Assembly: GCA_035380125.1 (NCBI GenBank)
Contig: DAOSWV010000004.1
Span: forward strand, 43,562-107,561
Direction: 5' to 3'
Origin: Oscillospiraceae bacterium
GTDB lineage: Bacteria > Bacillota > Clostridia > Oscillospirales > JAKOTC01
DNA length: 64,000 nucleotides
In this document: piece by piece, positions 45,923-56,445 of the stretch
Numbering within the stretch: position 1 is the stretch's first letter
Layout of the letters: the number at the start of each line of letters is the position of its first letter
Position numbers and translations under genes: made by a program
The notes under the pieces: generated by a model
Databases searched by the model: none
The model's input: the letters and a program-made list of their open reading frames with translations, nothing else
Told to the model about the DNA's origin: nothing

Positions 45923-46504
45923 ATTAAAACCTTCACCATCATCGGCGGCGTAAACGGCGCCGGGAAGTCCAGTTTATCCGGTGTGCTCCAATCCGAGCGT
46001 AAAGATCTGGGCGAAATAATAAATGTAGATGACATCGCTGCCGAGAGAGAAATTTCTAACATCGAAGCGGGTAAAATTGCGTTGGGCAGAATAAAGCAGC
46101 TGATGAATAAAGGGCTTAATTTTACTCAGGAGACAACTTTATCCGGTGTCAAAACCTTTCAAACGATCGGCCGTGCCCGCCGCAGAGGATATTATATCCG
46201 TCTGTATTATGTCGGGCTTGAGACCGTTGAGGAAAGTATCATGCGCATCCGTATTCGTGCGGAAAACGGCGGTCATTTTATTCCCGAAGCCGATGTTGTC
46301 AGACGGTTTAATTTCCGATATTCAAATCTTATGCGGATTTTACCTCAATGTGATGAGGTGCATTTTTACGATAATTGCAACGGGTTTGTGGAAGTTGCCC
46401 GGATTGTGGAGGGACAGTTATTTTTCCGGGGTGCCCTGACGCCGAAGTGGATGGTTGAATTGAGTAGTTATATCCAAAGAGCCAAAGACAACAATCGAAT
46501 GTGA
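45923..46504 (+). CDS. zeta-toxin/COG4185-type P-loop kinase; proposed non-canonical ATT start
   Basis: Walker A GGVNGAGKSS is encoded at 45944-45973, upstream of the first canonical start (GTG 45983). The in-frame stop TGA lies at 45917-45919. SD-like AGGGGGTG (45908-45915) sits 7 nt before the ATT at 45923. The C-terminal block RIRIRAENGGHFIPEADVVRRF...FYDN is typical of the family. Confidence 0.6.
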   Translation: MKTFTIIGGVNGAGKSSLSGVLQSERKDLGEIINVDDIAAEREISNIEAGKIALGRIKQLMNKGLNFTQETTLSGVKTFQTIGRARRRGYYIRLYYVGLETVEESIMRIRIRAENGGHFIPEADVVRRFNFRYSNLMRILPQCDEVHFYDNCNGFVEVARIVEGQLFFRGALTPKWMVELSSYIQRAKDNNRM

Positions 46505-46529
46505 AGCGCATTCTGATATTAAAGTCCGG

Positions 46530-46712
46530 GTGTACCGCTCACAGGCTGGGCGGGGCCCGAATTTTTTTGAGTTTACATACCAAAAAGCACCTGTTATAAT
46601 AGGGAAGCACTTATCCCGTGAGATAAAAATCGTCGGGGAATGGATCTATTATCATATATGGAACGATACCTACAGAATAAAAACTGATGGCAGCGAGCGG
46701 CAAGAAGGTTAA
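46530..46712 (+). pseudogene. possible remnant of a DUF5050-type repeat protein
   Basis: 60-aa GTG ORF ending EWIYYHIWNDTYRIKTDGSERQ, resembling a single DUF5050 blade. It is isolated, with no RBS seen. Confidence 0.2.
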
Positions 46713-46830
46713 TGATTTATCACGGAGAAGGTATATTTGTGGTTTCAATATACATCCATTACTTTTTTATTTCTGTTTTTAATTCCACTTTTAGATAAAA
46801 TGATTTAAAAAAGTTTCGACAGAGTTTGAC

Positions 46831-46860
46831 GGCGCTTGCAAAGAAGCGCCGTTTTGGTTT
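46831..46860 (+). terminator. intrinsic terminator upstream of the spo0A control region
   Basis: GGCGCTT-gcaaag-AAGCGCC followed by GTTTTGGTTT. Confidence 0.55.
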
Positions 46861-46889
46861 ACATAAAGAGGGAACTTGTCCACCTTAAA

Positions 46890-46906
46890 TGTCGAAATAT
46901 GTCGAA
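46890..46906 (+). promoter_or_regulatory. two direct Spo0A-box matches (TGTCGAA) spaced 10 bp apart, ~105 bp upstream of spo0A
   Basis: TGTCGAA at 46890-46896 and 46900-46906. An inverted copy TTCGACA lies at 46815-46821. Confidence 0.5.
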
Positions 46907-47011
46907 TAGTGTTAACAATTTATACCATAATAATCGTCAAAAACCATTGAAATGTCTAAATAAATATGGTAATCTTTTAATAAATTAATTTTTTGAAAGG
47001 AGTTTTCCGCA

Positions 47012-47824
47012 ATGAAGCAACGGATACTGATCACGCAGGATAACACCCAAAACGCCTCGGAATTGGCAAATTCTTTAACTCGAGCCGGAATTGAGGTGTC
47101 TACCGTTCCTCGGAACGGGAAGGTGGTTTTGGAGATGATGAGAGCATCGACAAAATTCGACGCTGCATTGATTGACTTCAATCTCGCCGGCATCGACGCC
47201 ATCGGCGTCATCAACGAGGCAAGGACCATCAGCCCAGGGACAAAAATTATGGTCATGACAGCTTTTCTAACAGGGGAACTTGAGCGTCAGGTCTTTGCGG
47301 CCGGCGGACAGTATTTGTTGCTGAAACCGTTTGACCCTCAGATTGCAGTAGACCGCCTGCTGAGTTTGACGGGAATGTCCGGTGCAGAGAGGGGTTTCCA
47401 TGAGATGTCGGACAGCGAACTGTTGATGATGGTGACCGAGATCATTCATCAGGTGGGCGTGCCGGCACATATCAAAGGATATCAATATCTGAGGGACTCC
47501 ATTGTGATGTGTATCAACGACGGGGAGTACATAAACGCAGTGACAAAGATGCTCTATCCCGATGTTGCAAAAAAACACAGCACAACCGCATCACGCGTAG
47601 AGCGAGCAATCCGTCATGCCATCGAAGTCGCTTGGGATCGCGGAGATATTGACGTTTTAAATACTTTGTTCGGTTATACAATTCATACAGGCAGAGGAAA
47701 ACCGACCAATTCGGAATTTATCGCCATGATTGCGGACAAGCTGAAATTGCGTATCGACAATGAAAAACAGCGTCGCTTTTCGTCGCTGCGAGCGCCGGAT
47801 AAAAGCGAGCTGTTGAAAATTTAA
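47012..47824 (+). CDS. spo0A: sporulation master regulator Spo0A (receiver plus Spo0A-specific DNA-binding domain)
   Basis: The C-terminal domain [26 protein letters not shown]...[20 protein letters not shown]...[25 protein letters not shown] is diagnostic. GAAAGGAG RBS upstream. Confidence 0.92.
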   Translation: MKQRILITQDNTQNASELANSLTRAGIEVSTVPRNGKVVLEMMRASTKFDAALIDFNLAGIDAIGVINEARTISPGTKIMVMTAFLTGELERQVFAAGGQYLLLKPFDPQIAVDRLLSLTGMSGAERGFHEMSDSELLMMVTEIIHQVGVPAHIKGYQYLRDSIVMCINDGEYINAVTKMLYPDVAKKHSTTASRVERAIRHAIEVAWDRGDIDVLNTLFGYTIHTGRGKPTNSEFIAMIADKLKLRIDNEKQRRFSSLRAPDKSELLKI

Positions 47825-47905
47825 TGTTTTAATGGAGTGCGCCCGGCACCCTATCGTTCGAAAAGAAATATAATAATTTTAATTGGGGTGCGAAATACAC
47901 TCCTT

Positions 47906-49108
47906 TTATTTTTCAATGTAATCATCAGGCGCAAGCAGGCTGACAGCCTTGTTCCAGGAATGCGTAAGAGCGATGCGTGTGTCGCTGATCATAAAGTAGT
48001 CATAATTTAAAGTGCCGTCCGTCATATCGGCGCGATCGTCAGCCACGATGTCGATGTGATACCAGCTGTCATTGAGCTTGACCAGATTCCAGACACGGCG
48101 CTGAGAATTTACCGTTCCGACGATCACACGAGTTTCAATACCGGCGATGCCGGCCAACAACTGAAAAGCGTCCGCATAGCCGTCGCTGACGGCGATATCA
48201 CTCGCTAAAACACTGTAAGCAACAGTTTCCGAATAAGCGGCGTCTTCTCCGGCTAAAGCGTCTAAATTGCCGTTTTTAACAATATAATCGTGAATAATTT
48301 TTATTTTCTGATAATCGGAAAGGCCGGAGGAGAGTTGGGCTTCGGCAAATTTCTTTGCAGAATTGCAAGCTTGGCTTTGCAGCAAAGAGAGCCCGGTGAG
48401 ATTGCCTGAAGAAAGCGCGGTCAGACAGCTTGAGGCAAAATTCGGCGTCAATTGGAAAGTGACCGGATAAACCTCTGACATGGTCTCGTCTCCGACAAAA
48501 TAGATCTTTTCCTTTACATCGGCTGAATAAAGACCGTAAACCGGATCGATCGTGAGATCCTCGAGAAGCGCTGTGTCATAAAGATAGGCGTTGAAAACAC
48601 TGTCTTCGGATAGAAGAGAGACCTTTAAGACGGATGCCAATTTATCAACGGTATCACAAATGGTGATACATTCGACTTGACAACTTTCGGTCAGATCTCC
48701 GAGCAGTGTTGATGCGGTGATTACCGCTGAACCGGGATTGACAAATTCGACAACGCCTTCTTTTATAGAGGCCACAGAGTTGTCCGTGCTGCTCCAGACC
48801 AATTGTTTTCCGAGTGCATCGGCGGGATAGACAACCGAGTTGATGGTGTAGGACTGTCCATCGGCGAGATAAATCTTTTGCGTATCGAGCTTGAGCTGCT
48901 CCGGGAGGATTGTCTCGGGCTGCGGCTGAGATGATGCGACAGAGGATTCCTGAGAAACCTCTACAACGGAGAAGTCGGGCTCGGATACCGAGGCGGTACT
49001 GCCGGAGACTTCAATGGAGGTTACGGATATAACGGAAGAAGTTTCACTGCAGCCCGTTAAGAGCAGTACAGCTGCCAAAAAAAGCGGAGTCAACTTGTTT
49101 AACCGCAT
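47906..49108 (-). CDS. lipoprotein with a Big_2-like Ig domain and a transglutaminase-like core domain
   Basis: The start is taken at MRLNKL (AAGGAGG RBS). The lipobox reads LLLTGC. VWSSTDNSVASIKEGVVEFVNPGSAVITAS marks the Ig domain. The C-terminus carries SDGYADAFQLL...RVWNLVKLNDSWYHIDIV. Confidence 0.7.
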   Translation of the reverse strand: MRLNKLTPLFLAAVLLLTGCSETSSVISVTSIEVSGSTASVSEPDFSVVEVSQESSVASSQPQPETILPEQLKLDTQKIYLADGQSYTINSVVYPADALGKQLVWSSTDNSVASIKEGVVEFVNPGSAVITASTLLGDLTESCQVECITICDTVDKLASVLKVSLLSEDSVFNAYLYDTALLEDLTIDPVYGLYSADVKEKIYFVGDETMSEVYPVTFQLTPNFASSCLTALSSGNLTGLSLLQSQACNSAKKFAEAQLSSGLSDYQKIKIIHDYIVKNGNLDALAGEDAAYSETVAYSVLASDIAVSDGYADAFQLLAGIAGIETRVIVGTVNSQRRVWNLVKLNDSWYHIDIVADDRADMTDGTLNYDYFMISDTRIALTHSWNKAVSLLAPDDYIEK

Positions 49109-49365
49109 ATCTGTCGCCTCCTTTCGGCGTTTCGGGTTTGATGGCATAAAGCCGAGGTATTAAATCGCCATTATGATAGCATAAAGATTAATAAAATGTC
49201 AAATTGATTTATATTGGTAATTTTGTTTCGAATGTACGACGATTTCACTTGGATATTGGACGTATATCGAATTCAATTTTAATTTACTCCTTATATATGA
49301 GGATATTGTGAATACATGATGAGTAAAACGGAAGGTTAGATATTTCCAAATGTCACAAAAACATT

Positions 49366-49413
49366 CATAATGGATTATGCATATTCGATCATAATGGATT
49401 ATGCATATTCGAT
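49366..49413. repeat. perfect 24-bp tandem direct repeat x2 (CATAATGGATTATGCATATTCGAT)
   Basis: Copies at 49366-49389 and 49390-49413, ending 30 bp upstream of the -35 of the lacI-family gene promoter. Confidence 0.95.
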
Positions 49414-49442
49414 AAAATGTACAAAATCTCTGATTTTTCTCG

Positions 49443-49471
49443 TTGACAAAGTGTGGAGCGTGTGATATCAT
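49443..49471 (+). promoter_or_regulatory. sigma-A-type promoter of the galactan locus regulator
   Basis: TTGACA (49443-49448), a 17-nt spacer, then TATCAT (49466-49471). Confidence 0.5.
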
Positions 49472-49486
49472 AGATTCAAGAGTTAG

Positions 49487-49498
49487 GCAAACGGTTGC
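49487..49498 (+). promoter_or_regulatory. candidate LacI-family operator half-palindrome GCAAACGGTTGC
   Basis: Imperfect palindrome centred on CG, lying between the promoter and the start codon. It resembles the LacI/GalR/cre consensus core AANCGNTT. Confidence 0.35.
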
Positions 49499-49527
49499 TT
49501 ATACAAAGATGAGGTGGACTCGCGCGT

Positions 49528-50541
49528 ATGGCGAACGAAAAAAAGAGTAAAAACGTGATGTCACTGGCAGATATTGCTGATGCACTCGGACTTTCAAAGT
49601 CCACAATTTCAAGGGTAATTGCCGGGAAGGGGAACTTCAGCGAACAAACCAGAGCAAAGGTTTTAGAATATATTGCAAACCACGATTATCGCCCCAATGT
49701 CATTGCACAGCGTCTGGCTACAAGCAGGACGGGAAATATCGGCGTCGTCATGCCGGCTGATGCGTTTTTAAGCGTCAATACGTTTTTCCAAGTCTGTCTG
49801 ATGGGGATTTGTCAGGAGGCGGTAGAGCATAATTATGATATCGTAGTAACGTCGGCAACCGAGAAAGACTGTACTTATCTTCAACGATTGATATCCAGAA
49901 GGTCTGTGGATGGGGTTATTCTGATGCGGTCACTGGTCAAAGACGTATGCATGGAATGTCTCACAAAAGCCGATATACCCTTTGCCGTGATCGGCTCAAC
50001 AGCGGATCAGGGAGTTTTACAGGTGGACGTGCCCCATGCAAAGGCCTGCGAAGAACTGACGACGCGGCTTTTGGAAACGACCGAAAAGCAGACCGGTTTT
50101 ATCTTGGGAAGTTCGCATTATATTGTAAATCTCAACCGCAAAATAGGATTTGAGGAAGCTGTGCACAAGTCGAATATCAGACCGGCGGAAAGAGTGGTTC
50201 CGGACGTCTTTACCAAAGAGAGCATTTATGAGGCCGTCGACCGGCTCATTGCAAAAGGTGCAGGCACCATTATTTGCGGAGATGACCAGATCTGTCTGAC
50301 GGCGCTCGGACGGCTGGACGAACGGGGAATTTCGCCGGGGAAAGACATCCGGATTGCGGCTTTTTATGATAATCCGGCCTTGAAAAATCGTTCGATTACA
50401 GCAATCGAAGTCGACGACATGGCGCTCGGAGCAATGGCGGTTGAAAAATTGGTCGGACAATTGGACGGGAAACGGGTATCCGAGCGAAACCCGGGATATT
50501 TTATCAATTACAGAGCTTCGACCGGAGATCTCAGAAGCTGA
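49528..50541 (+). CDS. LacI-family transcriptional regulator
   Basis: N-terminal HTH MSLADIADALGLSKSTISRVIAG and a periplasmic-binding-protein-like C-terminal domain. Confidence 0.9.
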   Translation: MANEKKSKNVMSLADIADALGLSKSTISRVIAGKGNFSEQTRAKVLEYIANHDYRPNVIAQRLATSRTGNIGVVMPADAFLSVNTFFQVCLMGICQEAVEHNYDIVVTSATEKDCTYLQRLISRRSVDGVILMRSLVKDVCMECLTKADIPFAVIGSTADQGVLQVDVPHAKACEELTTRLLETTEKQTGFILGSSHYIVNLNRKIGFEEAVHKSNIRPAERVVPDVFTKESIYEAVDRLIAKGAGTIICGDDQICLTALGRLDERGISPGKDIRIAAFYDNPALKNRSITAIEVDDMALGAMAVEKLVGQLDGKRVSERNPGYFINYRASTGDLRS

Positions 50542-52545
<2,004 letters not shown>

Positions 52546-52600
52546 TTGAATGTATCTTACGAAAGTAAGTTACAGATAAATTTTGTAGGAGGAATACGAA

Positions 52601-53845
52601 ATGAAGAAACTTGCGGTAGTACTATTGGCATTCGTCATGGTACTTGCGTGCGGCATTCTGCCGGCGTGCAGCAGCACCCCGGCGGAAAAGGAAGATATCC
52701 TCGTATGGGCCGCTGACGAGGTCGTGGAATTCACACAGACCAAATGCGACGAATTCCTTGCGGCCAATCCCGACCTCGCCGAAAAGTTCACCATCACGGT
52801 TTCCGCGATGGGCGAAGGTGAAGCGGCGACCCAGATGATCACCGACGTTGAAGCCGGCGCCGACGTATTCGCCTTTGCGCAGGATCAGCTCGGCCGTTTG
52901 GTGCAGGCAGGCGCACTCAGCCCACTGGGCGGAACGTATATGACAGATGCGCAGGCCAATAATGACGCCGGTTCGGTTGCGGCTGCAACGATGGGTGATA
53001 CGATGTATGCCTATCCGCTGACCAGTGACAACGGCTATTTCCTGTTCTATGACAAGAGCGTTGTCACCGATCCTTCAACGCTGGATGGGATCCTGACACA
53101 GTGTGAGAACGCCGGAAAGTATTTCTACATGGAAAACCAGAGCGGTTGGTATCTGGTCACCTTCTTCTTCGGCGCGGGTTGCCACTACACCACAACCGCT
53201 AACAGTGAAGGTGCCATTAACACCGTTGACTGTGACTTCAATTCCGCAGCCGGTTTGGGGGCCTTCAAGGCGCTGATCGCAATGGCTCAGAATCCGGGAT
53301 TCCAGCGCAGCGACAGTTTTGCTGCACAGTTCAACCCCGACGGCGGTCAAGCAGGTGCGGCGATCTCCGGAACTTGGGATGCTGCCAACATCAAGGGCTA
53401 TTTGGGCGACAATTACGGCGTTTCCAAACTGCCGACGATGACGGTTGACGGACAACAGGTTCAGATGGGCGCTTGGGGCGGCTTTAAACTGCTGGGCGTC
53501 AATCCGACCCAGAGTGCGGAAGCGGTTGTTGCGTCTCACAAACTCGCAGCTTATTTGACAAGCGGCGATGTCCAGCTGGCGCGTTATAATGCCAAAGGCT
53601 GGGGTCCGTCCAACAAGACCGCGCAGCAGGATTCGGCGGTTCTGGCGGATGAAGCTCTTGCAGCCCTTCAGGCACAGCTGGTCTATTCACCGGCGCAGCC
53701 GCAGTGCAGCGCCAACTACTGGACCAAGATGGAGGCGTTCGGCACCGACGTCAATGCGGGTGTTTATAACGACTACACCGATGCCCAGCTGCAGACAGTG
53801 CTCGACGATCTTGTCGCCTATCTGAAAGCGGATGTCACACAGTAA
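52601..53845 (+). CDS. ABC sugar-binding lipoprotein (maltodextrin/galacto-oligosaccharide CycB/GanS-like)
   Basis: Lipobox ILPACSS and family-1 solute-binding protein features. It lies between the GH53 gene and the permease genes. Confidence 0.8.
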   Translation: MKKLAVVLLAFVMVLACGILPACSSTPAEKEDILVWAADEVVEFTQTKCDEFLAANPDLAEKFTITVSAMGEGEAATQMITDVEAGADVFAFAQDQLGRLVQAGALSPLGGTYMTDAQANNDAGSVAAATMGDTMYAYPLTSDNGYFLFYDKSVVTDPSTLDGILTQCENAGKYFYMENQSGWYLVTFFFGAGCHYTTTANSEGAINTVDCDFNSAAGLGAFKALIAMAQNPGFQRSDSFAAQFNPDGGQAGAAISGTWDAANIKGYLGDNYGVSKLPTMTVDGQQVQMGAWGGFKLLGVNPTQSAEAVVASHKLAAYLTSGDVQLARYNAKGWGPSNKTAQQDSAVLADEALAALQAQLVYSPAQPQCSANYWTKMEAFGTDVNAGVYNDYTDAQLQTVLDDLVAYLKADVTQ

Positions 53846-53960
53846 TTAATTAAGGATAGCTTTCGAAAAAGCAGTAAACTTTCACGCGAAGGGCGCCGCA
53901 AAAGAATAATTTCGTTTTGCGGCGCCCTTTTACCCCATTACATTCACGGGGGTGTTTTAA

Positions 53961-55475
53961 ATGGTAGATCTGCAATATTTAAAGATGACGTCTTGGCAGA
54001 AGTTTTGCTTCCGGTTCAAACGTTTTTTTAAAAAACTGCCGCACAATACCGGCGCGTTTTTTAAGCGTATCCCGCAAAAACTCGGCAAGGGTCTGAAAAA
54101 GTTCGCGGGGATTTTTACAGAAGTATTTACAGTGTTTAAAAACGGTGACTGGAAGACACGGACCTCATTTTTTGTGATGGGGTTCGGTCAGATTGCCCGC
54201 GGTCAGGTGCTGCGCGGCCTTCTGTATCTGTTCTTCGAACTTATTTTCATCGCTTATATGATTCTTTTCGGTTGGAAATATCTCGCCAAACTCGGTTCTC
54301 TGGGGGAAGTCGCTTTAGTTTCGACAGTAGACCCCGAGACAGGTCTGACGTTCAATACATATATCGACAACAGCATGCTCATTTTACTGTATGGGTTGTT
54401 GACGATTTTCTTTATTGTCGCGTTTATCTATGTATGGCACAGCAATTGTATTCAAAACAGAGAAGCGCAAAAGCTGACAGAGTTGGGTTTCCGGCTTGAC
54501 AAGGCGCGTGACGATATCCGTGCGATGGCAGACAAGCAATATCATAAGACGCTGCTGGCGATGCCGCTGCTCGGAATCTTGATTTTCACGGTCATTCCGA
54601 TCGTGTTTATGATTTTAGTCGCTTTCACGAATTATGACGCCCTGCATCAACCGCCCGGAAAATTATTTACTTGGGTCGGCACGCAGAATTTTGCCACTTT
54701 GTTCGGCGTCAATTCGGTGGCGACGGGAACCAAATTCGGATTTACATTCGGCTCGGTGTTGATTTGGACATTGGTCTGGGCTTTCTTTGCAACCTTTTCA
54801 AACTATTTTCTCGGCATGATCGTGGCACTCATGATCAACAAGAAAGGCATCAAAGGAAAACGAATCTTTCGGACGGCATTGGTGATGACGATCGCAGTTC
54901 CGCAGTTTATCTCACTGCTGTTGGTTTCAAAGATGTTCGCCGAAGACGGCATCATCAATGGATTGTTGCTTTCGTGGGGCGTGATTGCTGAAAAGATCTC
55001 TTGGCTGACCACCGGAGGACTCGCCCGCGTAATGGTGATTTTAATCAACATTTGGGTCGGTATTCCGTATCTGATGCTGATCGCGACCGGCATTTTGATG
55101 AATATTCCCGAGGACCTGTACGAGTCGGCTAAAATTGACGGCGCAAGCCCGTTCAAGATGTACATGAAGATTACGCTGCCGTATATGCTGTTCGTGACCA
55201 CGCCGTATCTGATTACCTCGTTCATCGCCAATATCAACAACTTCAACGTCATCTATCTGTTGACCGCGGGCGCACCATACACATTAAATTACGAATCGCC
55301 TGCCGGGTACACCGACCTCCTGATTACCTGGCTGTATAAGCTGACCATGACCCAGACCAGCGACTACAAGATGGCATCCGTCATCGGCATCATGGTCTTC
55401 GTGGTCGTGGCGGTGTTCTCACTGATCGTGTATAACCGGTCGCGGTCGGTCAAGGATGAGGAGGACTTCCAATGA
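53961..55475 (+). CDS. ABC sugar permease (MalF/GanP-like, long N-terminal extension)
   Basis: 504 aa and polytopic, with the EAA-loop region ESAKIDGASPFKMYMKITLP. Confidence 0.85.
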   Translation: MVDLQYLKMTSWQKFCFRFKRFFKKLPHNTGAFFKRIPQKLGKGLKKFAGIFTEVFTVFKNGDWKTRTSFFVMGFGQIARGQVLRGLLYLFFELIFIAYMILFGWKYLAKLGSLGEVALVSTVDPETGLTFNTYIDNSMLILLYGLLTIFFIVAFIYVWHSNCIQNREAQKLTELGFRLDKARDDIRAMADKQYHKTLLAMPLLGILIFTVIPIVFMILVAFTNYDALHQPPGKLFTWVGTQNFATLFGVNSVATGTKFGFTFGSVLIWTLVWAFFATFSNYFLGMIVALMINKKGIKGKRIFRTALVMTIAVPQFISLLLVSKMFAEDGIINGLLLSWGVIAEKISWLTTGGLARVMVILINIWVGIPYLMLIATGILMNIPEDLYESAKIDGASPFKMYMKITLPYMLFVTTPYLITSFIANINNFNVIYLLTAGAPYTLNYESPAGYTDLLITWLYKLTMTQTSDYKMASVIGIMVFVVVAVFSLIVYNRSRSVKDEEDFQ

Positions 55476-56329
55476 GCAATACGAAACTGCGCAGCAAAAA
55501 GCGCGCCGAGGCCACGGCAAACACCTTTATTTATATCATTCTGATTTTTATCAGCATCGTCTGGCTGATCCCGTTCGTCTATCTGATTTTCCAGGCGTTT
55601 CGGGGCGAATCGACCGGCATGGTTAATTACGTTTTTCCGCGCCAGTGGTCGTTCGTCAATTTCATCGAACTGTTTACCAAAACGGAATTCCTGCGCTGGT
55701 TTACCAACACACTGCTCGTCGCGTTGGTCGTCGCGGTGTTCCAAACCGTCATCGTGCTGATGGTCAGCTATACACTGTCGAGAATGCGGTTCCGCGGGCG
55801 GCGGTTTTTGATGAATTTGATTTTAGTGCTCGGGATGTTCCCCGGCTTTATGTCGATGATCGCAGTGTACTTTGTGCTCAAACTGGTCGGCCTGACTCAG
55901 AACATCGTGGGGCTGATGTTGATTTATGTCGGCAGTTCGGGCATGGGGTATTATATCGCGAAGGGCTATTTTGATACGATTCCGCGTGCGCTCGACGAGG
56001 CCGCCCGAATTGACGGTGCCAATCGCCGCACGGTGTTTTATCAAATCATCTTACCGATGGCAAAGCCGATTGTGATCTATACGACGCTGATGGCGTTTAT
56101 GGCGCCTTGGGGTGACTATATGTTCGCTTCACTGATTGCGTTTGGCAACACCAAGAGCTATAACGTGGCGGTGGGCCTGTATACCTTCCTCGATAAAGAA
56201 CATATCGTCAACTATTTCACGCGATTTTGCGCCGGAGGTGTCGTCATCGCAATTCCGATCACGATTCTGTTCATGCTGCTGCAGAAGTATTATGTGGCCG
56301 GTGTGACAGGCGGTGCGGTCAAAGGGTAA
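55472..56329 (+). CDS. ABC sugar permease (MalG/GanQ-like)
   Basis: 285 aa with the EAA loop [20 protein letters not shown]. The start overlaps the upstream stop. Confidence 0.9.
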   Translation: MSNTKLRSKKRAEATANTFIYIILIFISIVWLIPFVYLIFQAFRGESTGMVNYVFPRQWSFVNFIELFTKTEFLRWFTNTLLVALVVAVFQTVIVLMVSYTLSRMRFRGRRFLMNLILVLGMFPGFMSMIAVYFVLKLVGLTQNIVGLMLIYVGSSGMGYYIAKGYFDTIPRALDEAARIDGANRRTVFYQIILPMAKPIVIYTTLMAFMAPWGDYMFASLIAFGNTKSYNVAVGLYTFLDKEHIVNYFTRFCAGGVVIAIPITILFMLLQKYYVAGVTGGAVKG

Positions 56330-56445
56330 TCTCCGTCTTTGCGAGGAGAAGCGCGGATCATCTAAGCGTTTTTGGACACCACTTAATCTGGATTGCCGCG
56401 GGGCTAAAACCCCTCGCAATGACGATCGAAAGGATGGACATAAAA

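Noticed and set aside
45913-45927. Programmed +1 frameshift (prfB-like) from the short frame GTG TTG ACC CAT TAA into the zeta-like frame
   Set aside because: The SD-like AGGGGG lies ~12 nt from the stop rather than the ~3 nt used in prfB. CAT-to-ATT re-pairing is not favourable. An ATT start with ideal SD spacing is the simpler explanation. The idea is kept only as an alternative in the finding.
47833-47905. Long-range pairing GGAGTGCG...GCACCC / GGGGTGCG...CACTCC followed by TTTTATTTTT, read as a spo0A terminator
   Set aside because: The stems are short and separated by a ~35-nt AT-rich loop, so I could not convince myself of a stable hairpin by eye. It needs a folding calculation.
49199-49471. 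90-aa minus-strand ORF in the AT-rich region upstream of the LacI-family gene
   Set aside because: It is AT-rich intergenic DNA. The repeated peptide RICIIHY is the translated 24-bp tandem repeat, and the ORF overlaps the predicted promoter.
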